In this document: positions 52,140 to 64,000 of the stretch, piece by piece | Position numbering within the stretch: position 1 is the stretch's first letter | Layout of the letters: every line of letters begins with the position of its first letter | Assembly: GCA_028534125.1 (NCBI GenBank) | Contig: CM052817.1 | Span: forward strand, 30,382,001-30,446,000 | DNA length: 64,000 nt | DNA from: Lama glama | Lineage: Eukaryota | Reading direction: 5' to 3' | Translations under genes and position numbers: made by a program | The notes under the pieces: generated by a model | The model's database searches: none | What the model was told of the DNA's origin: nothing | What the model saw: the letters and a program-made list of their open reading frames with translations, nothing else

Positions 52140-55100
52140 TGACGGTAAAAATCAGCAAAGGATCCAAGCAGATAGTTCATGAAAGAGGAAACAAAAATAG
52201 CCAAATACAATTTAAAAGATTTAACCTTGTTAATAATTAAAGAAAAACCAAGCAAAATAAAATGCAGTTTCTATATGTAATATTGGCATTTAAAGAAAAG
52301 TTAATACCATGCTATGTAGAGACATTGGTGAGATGGGCCACTTATATACTGCTGATGGATACGTTTTTTGTAAAGCAATTTGGCACATGAATTGTGAAAT
52401 TTATTATTTTATAGACTTTGATTCAGAAATTTTATTTTTAAGATAAAATCCCAAGGAAATATTCAGGAATGGGGGTGAAGATTACGTAAAGAATTCTCAC
52501 TGCAGCATTATTTATAACAGTGATTTAAGAGAAAACATTTTACATTGTAACCATGAGGGAATAGTAAATTATATGATGATACATTAATGTGTACAATGGA
52601 GAATTATGTTTCCTTTAAAATTTATTTATGAGTAATTATTATTCACATGGAAAATTTCCACCAAACAATGTTGTGGATCAAAGTTGGACCAAATCACACT
52701 AGAGCTATAGATACAGAAGTAAAAAGAGATACAGATTTGAAAAAAAAGTTGCAAAATGTCATTATCATTAATAAAGAGACAAATGATGATGGTTACTTCC
52801 TTCTTTATATGTTCTTGAGTACTGTAAGTTTTCTTCAATGATTATGCATTTGTTTTTAAAATGAAATACAATAACATTTATTTTAAAAAGTAGCATGGTT
52901 TCTAGTTCAAGACAGCTGAATTTTTCTTGTCTTAACGCAAGATCTGCATAAAGGGTCAATAAAGAGTAAAAAGTATAAAGGCAGACAGATGATCAAACAT
53001 GGACAAACAGAAGAGGACACACCCATCCTAAAATTTAAGGAGAAGGGCCCCAAAATAGAGGGAGCTGACCTTCTAAATACAACATGTCGGTGTTAATTTT
53101 TAGAAGAGTGGAAATAGTCCCCATTTATCAGTACACCTAACATGCAAACGCACCCAAAGTGTTGGGGTGATAGGGTGGAGGATAACTTTGCAATGAAACT
53201 TATGTGGCTTTCTGTGGGCTAACTGTAATAAGTGGGTATTAGCCTGGAAAGCAAAATTGTCCAAATTCTATTACTCAGAAAAATTATAGTTTCCTGCTGG
53301 ATTATTCAAAATGAAGTCTGTCAGTTAACTGTCCTCATCCATATACCTAACATTGCCAGTCATTCTCTATATGAAAGGATAATCAAAAGTTGCTAGAAAT
53401 TGAAAAACCTATAGCAAGAGAAAGATTAGGATAAACAAATTTGATAAAGTTACCACAGTAGAAATATCAATTATCAGGGAATTGAAAAGGATTTGTAAAA
53501 ACTAAAGAATTTTCATCCTGACATACAGAAGTATAAAAAGATTTTCTAACCCCACAATCAGAACAGGGTGGTACAAGAAAGGAATTTCTGAGTATTCATC
53601 TATTATACAAAGACATCCATTGACAGTGGCTGAAATGGATTAATCAAGAAATATCAATTTAAATTTATGATGCAGAGCTACAAGAAGAATAGCAAACAGA
53701 AAAACAATTAGAAAACTGGAAAATGGTTCTAAGACAAGAAAAACTGAAGGCAGAAGGAGGTGGTATAGGAGACTATTTTTTTTCATTTGTTTTTGTAAGC
53801 CTTTCTACACTGCTAGAGTTTTTTTAAACTGTATACTTGTATTACTTTGTTACAAATAAAAAAATGTTTAAAATAGCAGGAAAAAATCTGTTTCAAAATG
53901 TTCCTTCTCAAAATAAGATTTCCAAACAAAATCAGGTTTCTAAATTCATACTAATTTTAACTCTAAGTTGTGAAAACACAAATGGAGAATCATCTCTGAA
54001 GTTTTAACAGGAATGATTGATTTTGTTGTTGTCATTGAAATTCTGTAGTCAAATACATACTTTGCATGAGTTAAATATTGAGATGAAACTTTGAGATTTC
54101 AGTGGTTTAGATAAGCTATGTCTGTGAATGAAATTCTCAAGCATTTTACTAAATGTCTCCTACGCCATCATTACAGAGAGAATACTAACAAAAATTAAAT
54201 CATGCTTTTAAAATGTTGATTATTTTCAATTAACTTTCTTCTGTCTTTTCAACCCATGACCTATTTGCATCAAAGCTACGTGTTCCCACTGTAAGGCATT
54301 GGTGACTCCCTAGTCACAAGCTGGTTCTACAGCCTTTAGACTAATAATGCTCCTCAGCTCAATGCCAGGAATTCCCTGCTGAGATCAGGTTCTTTGGCAG
54401 CCAGGATTCTCCAACCAATTCAGACTACAAAACAGCCTGGGCACAAGCTGGTCCAGCTCTGAACTGCCCAGAGAGCAGGCATTACAGCATCTCTTTCTCA
54501 GCCTAAATTGGCAAAGAGCTTGGGAGATTCAAGGATGTGAAAGGAAATCAGTTGACTAGAGCATTTTGGACAAAGGGAAGAATAATAGCTCAAAAAACAA
54601 AGAAACTAATGCACAAGTCTGTGAATGCTTCTCTGATGTGATCCCAGAAGGCTGTCCAAGCAAAAAAGCTCGCTGGAAAAGGTCAAAGGAAATGGCTGAT
54701 TAAATGATTACATCAAAACTGAAAATACACCTGTCAAAAATATCCTGAACAAATTTAAAAGGCAAACACAGAAGAGAGAAAACATTTGCAGCATATATGA
54801 CTGAAAAGAACTGGCACTTTACTATATCAAGAAGTCTTACAGATTAATAAGATAAGAATGTCAGTCAAAAAAAAAACAGATGAAGGAAAATAATAGACAA
54901 TACATGGACACACATACACACATTCACACAGTACAAAATTATCTTATTTTAAAATGTCTCATACTATGAACAATCAAATTAAAACTATCAACAGTCAAGT
55001 TTCATTTAACATAAATGACATGGCATTTTTTTCACCTCTCAAGTTTCAATTGTGCTTTTCAAAAATGAGATTACCACATGGGACTCAAGTGTACTGAACT

Positions 55101-57060
55101 CCATATAATGCTGAAACTGCTATACACAACTGGTAGAAGCTGGCAAAGTTTTTCTAAAAAACATTTTTATCAATATCAGTATAACAAAACATAACAAAAG
55201 TATAAACATGGTTATACTTAATGTCTTTCATAAGATTCTACTTAAAAATACCAAAAGTGAAGATTCAAGATCTGTGTATAAGGCTAATTCATACAGTACT
55301 ATTTCCAATGGTAACAAAGGAGAAATTTATATGTCTAACAAAAGATAAATGTTTAAATAGATTCTGGATAGGTGACTCTCAAATCACACAAGCTTTTTAA
55401 GCACGATAAAATGCATTTAGCGAACAAAAGCTTTACTTCGTAGGGTAGTTAGGGTATCAAATAAATACACACAAGTCCTTAGAACAGTGCCTGCTACATA
55501 ATTATAATAGACATTAACCATTATTATTTAATAATTATTAAATATTAATATTAAAAGGACTTATTCACTGACAAATTTGCAACTGAAATTTTTATCACCT
55601 TCTATCATGAGTTAGATAAGACAGCAAAGAGGAAAACAGCTGTAAGAGTAAAGGCTTTGAAATCAAACAAATGGAAATAATCATACAAAAATTACATATT
55701 TATTGGGGAAATTTAAAGAAATAATGCACTCAAAGTGCATTTAAACAGTTATCAAATGAAAGGCACATTATGATCATTATTAATCACTATAATTATCAAT
55801 AAAATATACTATTAATGAATATACTAACTGTATTTATTTTTAATTTTGGGAAATGTCAAAAAACAAGACATAAATATAAAAGAAGTAATAAGAACATGAA
55901 CTCCTATTCACACAATTCTAAGTTTTAATAGTTTTCAACAAATGGCCATTCTTGTTTCATTTATGTGCCCCCTCCACACACACACTGGATTTATTTTGAA
56001 GCAAATTTTAGACAGTATTTTACTTAAAATGTCTCAGGGTGTATTTCTAAAATATGATTATTCTTTTAATTTTAACATAACCAAAATATCATCATTACAT
56101 CTAAAAAAATTCTTTAAAATCATCACATGTCCAGTCAGTATTCAAATTCCTTATTGTTTCATATATTTTGTGTTTGTTTCTTTAAGTCAAGATCCAAGGA
56201 AGGTCCATACATTTCTATTATTTTGTCTCCTAAATTTCACTTTATATTTACATTCCCATCCACTCTCTCTTTTATCCCATGCCAATTATTTGCAGGGGTA
56301 ACTGGATATTTGCCCAAAAGAGTTTCTCAGTCTTGATTTTACTTACTGAGATGCCATGATGTTGTCCAAAATGTTTCTCTGTCTCTTTATTTTCTTTAAA
56401 TCAGTACTTAGAATGATATTCAATGTTGTTGTTGTTGTTGTTGGCAAGTGTAGTTCCACTATTAGTTTGCACTCTCACCCATAGGCTCTTTTTTGTGATA
56501 TAGGTAGTCACTAATTATCATTGCTTAGATCCATTCTTTTATTTAATGGTAATATCCTGTCTTTTTTTCTTTACTTACTAGCTAGAATTATATGAAAAGA
56601 GACTTCTCCCCCATTTGTTTACCCCCTAATGGAGTTCATATAGAAGAGGTGAGATGGATGCTAAGTTTAATTATTCCCACTTTTGAAATAATGAGATGGT
56701 TTCCTAATACTCTCTGAAGGGAGCATTTGATTCCATTTTAGAGCTTTCCTAATTCTCACCCACAGATGCTTATTATGCTCTCACAGGTACCACACCAACC
56801 AGCACAAGCCTGCTCGTTGCCCTTCACTGGAGGTCTGGAGGCCAGTTCTGCAGGACTCCAAGCTCAAAGGTGCCAGCACCAGCTAAGCAGTGCCCTTTTT
56901 TAGAGATCTGAGAACTAGCTCTTTTGACCACCCCCTCCCCACCTTTATGATTTCAAGTTCTCATAAACGCAACTTTTTTCCTTTTGTTTCCCTGGTCACA
57001 GATTTTGTTTCGTATAGTTACTACCTCTGTGATATATTAGTGTTTCCATTTTCATCTAGT
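52140..57060. mobile_element. Cluster of highly degraded L1ME/L1M fragments in both orientations
   Basis: A-rich L1 ORF2-end motifs (ctgcagcattatttataacag, aacatttgcagcatatatgac) interspersed with unique DNA. Boundaries are approximate. Confidence 0.5.
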
Positions 57061-57434
57061 TACATGATCTCATTTTTTTAAATATTTAAGTCTCAGAACA
57101 ATTTGTAATCAAACTTGTGAAGAGTGTCATAAATGGGATCGGTTTCATCTGTTTTTCCTAATAGTTAACCAGCTAGTCCAACATTACTTATTAAAGAGTC
57201 CAGGCTTTCCTGGATATTGTTTGTTCTTCCAAAGGAATTGTATAATCAAGTGAAGCCCCAGACAAATGCGTTCAGTGCATGATAAAGCAGTATTTAAATC
57301 AGTGGGGAACAAATTCTTGTTCGAGTGAAGTGTTGCCTGTTGTGACACTCAAAAGAAACAGAGGCAAAACATCCTCTAGACCCTTTAGAAAGGCTAGCAG
57401 CCTTTATCTCCTTCCCTGAGTTCTAGTTTTGCTA

Positions 57435-57453
57435 TAGTGCCCCCTGCAGGCAC
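57435..57453 (-). promoter_or_regulatory. Candidate CTCF site
   Basis: Minus strand GTGCCTGCAGGGGGCACTA versus core consensus TGGCCACCAGGGGGCGCTA. Confidence 0.5.
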
Positions 57454-57569
57454 AGACTAACAGAAGCCAGGGAGGGAACAGAAAGGTGGTTAGTAGAGGT
57501 CCAGACTGCAAATCTAGTCACTCAAATACGTGTGGGTTTTGAAAGTGAGAGGAAAAAAAAAAAGATTAA

Positions 57570-58060
57570 TAACTGACTATTTACAGTTTTTTGCTATCTC
57601 AAATACTGTTTCCATGAATAGCATTCCGCATATACCTTTTCGTGTATTTGTCAGTGCATTCTGAGATAGATTCCTAGAAATGAGATTGCTGGTTCGAGAG
57701 ATAAGTACAGAATATTGCCAAGTTCTTCTCCAGGGAGATTTACCATTTTCCGTTCTCAACAGTAATCTATGAGAATGCCTGTTTTCCCTCAACCTCATCA
57801 ATGTTTAGTCAAACCTTGGGGTTTTTGCCAATCTGATTGGTGAGAAACCGTGTCTTAGTTTAGCTTTAATTAGCACATTTCTCTTATGGAAAGTTTTATT
57901 TTCTTATATATAAGGGCTATTTGCATTTTTTTCTATGAAGTATCCATTCGTATCTCTTTTGCCCATTGGTCTTTTGCTTCTCTACTTTCAGGAAGCTTTT
58001 TAAAAAACTGTAGTCAGTTACAGTGTGTCCATTTCTGGTACACAGTGTAATGTCCAGTCA

Positions 58061-58141
<81 letters not shown>

Positions 58142-60762
58142 CTTTGTTTTCATATTATTTTTCATTAAAGGTTATTACAAACATTGAATATAGTTCCCTG
58201 TGCTATACAGAAGAAATTTGTTTTTTTATCTATTTTTATATATTGTGGTTAACCTTTGTAAATCTCAAACTTCCAAATTTATTCCTTCTGACTCCCTTTT
58301 TCCCCTGGTAACCATAAAATTGTTTGCTATGTCTGTGAGTCTGTTTCTGTTTTGTAGGTGAGTTCATTAGTGTCCTCTTTTTTCTTTTCCATTTTTTTTT
58401 TTTAAGATTTCACGTGTGAGAGGTATCATATGGTTATTTTTCTTTCTCTTTCTGGCTTACTTCAATTAGAATGACAATCTCCAGGTCCATCCATGTTGCT
58501 GCAAATGGCATTATTTTATTCTTTTTTATTGCTGAGTAGTATTCCATTGTATAAATATGACACAACTTCTTTATCTAGTCATCTGTCAATGGACATTTAG
58601 GTTGCTTCAGAAGGCTTTTACATGTTAGGGATAGTAACTCTTTACACTGACATAATTTTCAAACACTTTTTTCCAATTAGTCATTGTGGTTTTTACTTTG
58701 CTTACTGGACTTTTTCAATGCAAAAGTTATTTCTTTATATGGTTATATTTATCAGTTTTTTTCTTCTTGCATGTAGATTTTGACTCATAATTAGGAAAAT
58801 TTTCTCAATCTTATGTTATAAATTCCCCTATGTTTTCTTCTTGTTTTATATTTTCATTTTTTTGTATTTAGAGATCCAAAACAGTTGAGAATTTATTCTG
58901 TCTTTAGTGTCAGAAATGGATACAATTTTATCTATTTTCCTATGGTTAACTAGTTACCACAACACTACTCATTAGAAAGATCATCTTCTCCCTACTGTTT
59001 AAATGCTATCTTTATCATTTTTAAAAAATTTCCATATGTAGTAATGTCTATTTATGGCTTCCCTATTCTATTCTATCAGTCTGGCTTCCATTTGTACATG
59101 ATAACATAGTGCTTTAGAAACAGAGACTCTGGAAAATGTTTTAACAACAAAGAGAGTCAGTCACTACTTACAGGATTTTCATGTGTCCTGATTATTATTT
59201 GCTTTGCTAAACAAATTTTATAATCAACTTGCCAAGTTCCAAAGAAATATAGTTTCTTAGTATTTCCTGGGAAAGCTTTAATGTTAAAATTATCTTGGGG
59301 AAGATTAAACTGCATATGACATTGAGTATCCCTGTCCAAAGGCATGGTATGTATTTTCATTCCTTCATATAGACACACATATTTGTTGGACATAAATTAC
59401 ATAGGTGTTCTGTGTATTCATTTATTTTCCCTTTTGTAAATGGAATTTTTTCACTGGTATTATTATTTTGAATGTTGATTTTATAATCTGATCTCACCCT
59501 GGAATTCTCTTATTGTTTGTAGTTTCCCCATCAATTTTTTTTTTTTTTAGTTTTTCTACATATGTAATTCAATCATCTGCAAATAGAAGTTAACTCTTTC
59601 TTTCCAATTCCTATGCCTCTAATTGGATTTCCTTGACTAATTTTATAAGCTAATTCCTGCAATGAAAATGTTACATAGTAATAGATATAGAGAACACATT
59701 TGCTTTCTGCCTGACATTAATCAGAAAGTAATGTTTTCCTGTTAGGTAAGATGCTGAGTTTGGGGCCAATGGTTGTAGGTGTGTGTGTATGTGTGTGTGT
59801 GTGCGCACACATGAATCAGATTTTTATTTTGTCTTTAAAGCATAATACATTTTAAATATGTTAAATATGTCTATGTACATGAGCAGGTGATTTATCTCTG
59901 CAGCTCTATTAATACAATGGGTTATACAAACGTTTGTTAATATTGAACCATCATTGCACATTGCACTCCTGGAATAAATCAACATGATCATCACATATTA
60001 TTCCTATATTGAGATTGGACTGTACTTTTATTTTAGGTACAATTGTAATGTTTGGTTGGGGTCAATAATATGCTCATTTCATTACTAAAATAAATCTGGA
60101 ATTTTCTCTTTTTTTTCTGTTCTAGAATAATTTAAACAGACTGAAGATTTTTTTTTTCCAAAGTTTAGCAAAATTATCAGCTAGGCCCATTCAGCGGTTT
60201 TTTGTTTCTTCTTTTTTTTTTTCTTAATCGGAGCCATCTGTTTACTTCCTCTGTTCTATGGTAATTAGTCTGTTTAGATTTTATATCCTTTAAAATCAAT
60301 TCCTTCTGATAAATTATATTTTGCTAGATTTTCAAATATCTTTGCATAGAGATATGCAGAGTAACCTATTATATTTTTTTTCCTCAATTTAAAGGAAACA
60401 TTGCCATTTTCTAAATTTTGGTATTTGATTTCTCTCCCCACACATTTTTTAAAAAATTGGTATGATTAACAGTGGTTGTTTATTGTGTTGATGATTTCAA
60501 TTAAGTGATTCACCTTTGGATTATTTTATCAATTCTTAATGATGTTTTGTTACATTTCAGAGATGACAATTCTTCCAATTTGTTTGACTTGTATATAGTT
60601 CTTTCTAAAGTTTCCTTTTCTTTTACCAAGCAGGTATTTCATTCACTTTTCTTGTTATAGGCATTTAATGTACAAATTTTTATCTAATACCTAATTTATC
60701 TGTATCTCATCAATTGTGATATTTTGCTCTTATCAATCTTTCAAAATCTGAAATTTTGGTTT
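57570..60762 (-). mobile_element. Old L1M body (antisense) extending to the gap
   Basis: attcctagaaatgagattgctgg, tttgccaatctgattggtgagaaa, catctgcaaataga, gcactcctggaataaatc. Confidence 0.8.
58002..58605 (-). mobile_element. Young L1 3' end nested in L1M, containing a (TA)n(TG)n microsatellite (~58063-58141)
   Basis: Reverse complement of the 3' UTR seen at 32200-32690. Approximate TSD ttcaggaagctttt / ttcagaaggctttt. Confidence 0.88.
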
Positions 60763-61262
60763 NNNNNNNNNNNNNNNNNNNNNNNNNNNNNNNNNNNNNN
60801 NNNNNNNNNNNNNNNNNNNNNNNNNNNNNNNNNNNNNNNNNNNNNNNNNNNNNNNNNNNNNNNNNNNNNNNNNNNNNNNNNNNNNNNNNNNNNNNNNNNN
60901 NNNNNNNNNNNNNNNNNNNNNNNNNNNNNNNNNNNNNNNNNNNNNNNNNNNNNNNNNNNNNNNNNNNNNNNNNNNNNNNNNNNNNNNNNNNNNNNNNNNN
61001 NNNNNNNNNNNNNNNNNNNNNNNNNNNNNNNNNNNNNNNNNNNNNNNNNNNNNNNNNNNNNNNNNNNNNNNNNNNNNNNNNNNNNNNNNNNNNNNNNNNN
61101 NNNNNNNNNNNNNNNNNNNNNNNNNNNNNNNNNNNNNNNNNNNNNNNNNNNNNNNNNNNNNNNNNNNNNNNNNNNNNNNNNNNNNNNNNNNNNNNNNNNN
61201 NNNNNNNNNNNNNNNNNNNNNNNNNNNNNNNNNNNNNNNNNNNNNNNNNNNNNNNNNNNNNN
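60763..61262. other. Assembly gap (500 N)
   Basis: Run of N. The three ORFs spanning it are artefacts. Confidence 0.99.
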
Positions 61263-61410
61263 ATTCACTTTTCTTGTTATAGGCATTTAATGTACAAATT
61301 TTTATCTAATACCTAATTTATCTGTATCTCATCAATTGTGATATTTTGCTCTTATCAATCTTTCAAAATCTGAAATTTTGGTTTCTATTTCCTTTTTGAC
61401 CCAAAAGCTG

Positions 61411-62458
61411 TGTGATAGTTAATTTTATATGTCAATTTGACTGGGCCAAGAGGTGCCCAGATATTTGGTCAAGTAATTATTCTGGGTGTGCTTATGAGGG
61501 TGTTTTAGAATGAGATTAGCTTTTGAATTGGTAGATTGAGTAAAACAGACTGTCGTCCCTAGTGTGAGTGGCCCTTATCCCATCAGTTGAAAGCCTGAAA
61601 AGAAAACGCTAAACTTCCTGCATACGAAAGGGAATTCTCCTGCTGCCTGAGCTGACATTCGCCTTTTCTGGCCCTTGCTGTCACACTGAAATATCTGCTC
61701 TTCTTGGGTCTCGAGTCTGCTGGTTTTCAGATTGGAAATCACATCATTAGCTCTCCTAGTTCTCAGGCCTTTGGACTCTGACAGGAGCTACACATTGGCT
61801 CTCCTTGGTCTTGTAAAAGAAAAATATGTCTGCCACGTCAGTAAACAAAGAATACTGTGGCCATCAAGTCATTAGCCACTACCACAGCTCCCAACAGTGA
61901 GTCGTGGGAACTCAAAATGGAGACAAGTAGGCAGCCCGGCCTCTACAGCCACCCCTAATGGTGCACACCCGCCACCCCCAACCCCCAGCCAGGGAACTCA
62001 GGATGAAAAAGAACAGGATACTGGCCCTAGATAGCTAGGTGCATATCAAAGGAATGATTTCAATGAACCCAGACTTTTGCATCTTCCCCTACAAGAAAAG
62101 TGCTAAATTCCTTGAGACACCTGGTTTTCTTTAATTAACAGTAATCTTTTAATGTTCTGACTACCTGGTCTTTGTTGTAAAAACTCCGATACATCCTCCT
62201 CCTTTGCCACTTTGGAGCAGTCCCTCAGAGCGACCTGACAGGCTGTCATCCCAGCCTTAAGCCCTCAGAAATGTACGCTGAATGAAACATAATTTCTCAA
62301 CTTTTAGGTTGTGCATTTTTTTTTTTTTCAGTTGACAGTCTCCAGCTTGCCAACTTATCCCCTTCAGATCTTGGGACTTGTCAGCCTCCATAATCACATG
62401 GGCCAACTTAGTCCTTATAATAAATTACGTATAATCTAGGTGCATGGACCTTCTGTTT
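61411..62458 (+). mobile_element. MLT2-type (ERVL) LTR split by an ERV1 LTR
   Basis: tgtgatagttaattttatatgtcaatttgactgggcca...; resumes tccagcttgccaac...cagcctccataatcacatg after 62341. Confidence 0.88.
61812..62337 (+). mobile_element. ERV1 solo LTR (family A, as 10999-11451)
   Basis: TG...CA termini and perfect TSD GTCT (61808-61811 / 62338-62341). Shares caggatactggccctagatagctaggtgc with the 10999 copy. Confidence 0.92.
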
Positions 62459-62528
62459 GATAATTTTTGGATTTCTTTTTTGTTTTAATTACAATATGCT
62501 CATAGTATTTATATTACTTCAATCACAC

Positions 62529-62530
<2 letters not shown>

Positions 62531-62570
<40 letters not shown>
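62531..62570 (+). repeat. (CA)20 microsatellite
   Basis: Read directly from the sequence. Confidence 0.97.
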
Positions 62571-62575
<5 letters not shown>

Positions 62576-63097
62576 ACTGTTTCTGTAATCATACTATTTT
62601 GGGGGTGGGGGAACTTGAACTGTTTTGTCTTGACAGACTTGTAAATCTCCTTCGTATTATTTATGCTTCCTATTTGTCCTTGCTTATCCTGTGGCTTCTG
62701 TCATTGTTATGGTGTTTACTGCCCAGAAATGTTTGCCTACACTGAACTGCTACATCAGAGGGAAATAAATTTCAATTTTCTTGAAACTGCAATTTAGATC
62801 TCTCTCTTTAGCTTAGCCTTATTGTATCTAACTAACTGCAGACAAACTTACCAAAGTTATCAAGTTTACAAAGTTTAGCTCTGAAAGGAGACTGGCTCAG
62901 TGGCAGGGAGCTTAACGAAGTGGTCGGTTTCAAATAAGGCAAATAAAGCGTTCATGCATTTGGGATTAATTCATAAAAGAGGATGCTTTTTGTTATTTTG
63001 CCACTCTCTTCCCCACAACCACTTCAAATTCTAATCATTCTATTCCACAAACTAGTTAATGATCTTGTATTCTGTGAAGATCATAACACAACTCAAT

Positions 63098-63169
63098 AAA
63101 TTATTAATTTTGAATGAGTAGAGTATACAAAACAAATTATTAATTTTGAATGAGTAGAGTATACAAAAC
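63098..63169 (+). repeat. Exact 36-bp tandem duplication
   Basis: aaattattaattttgaatgagtagagtatacaaaac at 63098-63133 and 63134-63169. Confidence 0.95.
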
Positions 63170-63172
63170 ATC

Positions 63173-63535
63173 TGTCTTCATGCATTCAGGCTGCTATAAC
63201 AGAATCCCATGGACCACATGGCTCATGAACAGTAGTAGCAATGTATGTCTCACAGTCCTGGAGGCTGGGAATCCAAGATCAAGCTGCTGCCAGATTCAGT
63301 GTCTGGTAAGAGCCTGCTTCCTCATTCAAAGATGGCTGCCTTCTCGCTATGTTGCCACATGGCAGAAAGGGCAAGTGAGATCTCTGAGATCTCCTTTATA
63401 AGGGCACTAATCCCATGCATGAGGGCTCTACTATCTTGACCACTATCTATCACCTCCCAAAGGCCCCACACCTCCAAATACATTGGGGATTAAGCTTCAA
63501 CATGACTTTGGGAGGCATACATTCACTCTACAGCA
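63173..63535 (-). mobile_element. MLT1A-like solo LTR
   Basis: tgtcttcatgcattcaggctgctataaca...ctcacagtcctggaggctggga...cattcactctacagca. Confidence 0.88.
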
Positions 63536-64000
63536 GCATTCTATTAAGTGACTATATAAATATGTGATAATAGGTAAATACCAAGCAAATAATATTGCTT
63601 AAAAATTATATGTAATGTATCAGAAAAAGTAGTTGCGTGGAATATAAAATTCCTCTTCTTCCAATTGTCCCGGAAACTTCCTTTTAAGAGTTATTAGTAG
63701 CATTTTTAATTTTACAGAAGCAACCATCCTAAATTTCCTCATTTCTTAGGTAATGACTCAAGAAATGAGCACTGAAGTTGAATAACATTGAGCAAATAAA
63801 TAAAACTTTTTTCTTGTTGATTGGATTCTTTAATTACCCAAATTTTAATGTTGTTTGTTCAAACAAGGTGAAATAATTCTTTTTTTAATTTACAGAATGA
63901 TTTTCACACTTAACAAATCATTCTGTTGCTGCATTAGGGAAAACAACAAGGATAGTTCCAATTTACTTATATTTCAGGTATCATATGTTGAAGATACACT

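Noticed and set aside
60724..61316. Longest ORFs in the track (181-188 aa)
   Set aside because: They consist of N-derived X residues.
1..64000. CRISPR arrays, tRNA/rRNA genes, operon-like systems
   Set aside because: This is mammalian repeat-rich DNA. I saw no regularly spaced repeats or structural RNA genes.

Overview
AT-rich, CpG-poor mammalian intergenic or intronic DNA with no recognisable host coding exon. The youngest L1 3' UTRs look cetartiodactyl, and I see no Alu, Bov-tA or PRE-type SINEs, so a camelid genome is my inference. The main feature is a degenerate class I endogenous retrovirus on the minus strand (~36651-44126). It retains a 5' LTR, a tRNA-Ile-like PBS, gag, pro and pol (RT, RNase H, integrase), with motifs resembling epsilon-like ERVs. 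It is truncated before env and the 3' LTR and carries three nested solo LTRs of other families. The rest of the window holds solo ERV1 LTRs with clean 4-bp TSDs, a MaLR provirus with its internal region, a twin-primed (5'-inverted) L1, old L1M/L2/MIR/MER elements, a probable MER121-type ancient conserved element and a few candidate regulatory motifs (CTCF, RFX). A 500-N gap has flanks that overlap exactly by 122 bp. I found no evidence for a novel coding system. Repeat family names come from my recall of consensus sequences, not from a database search.
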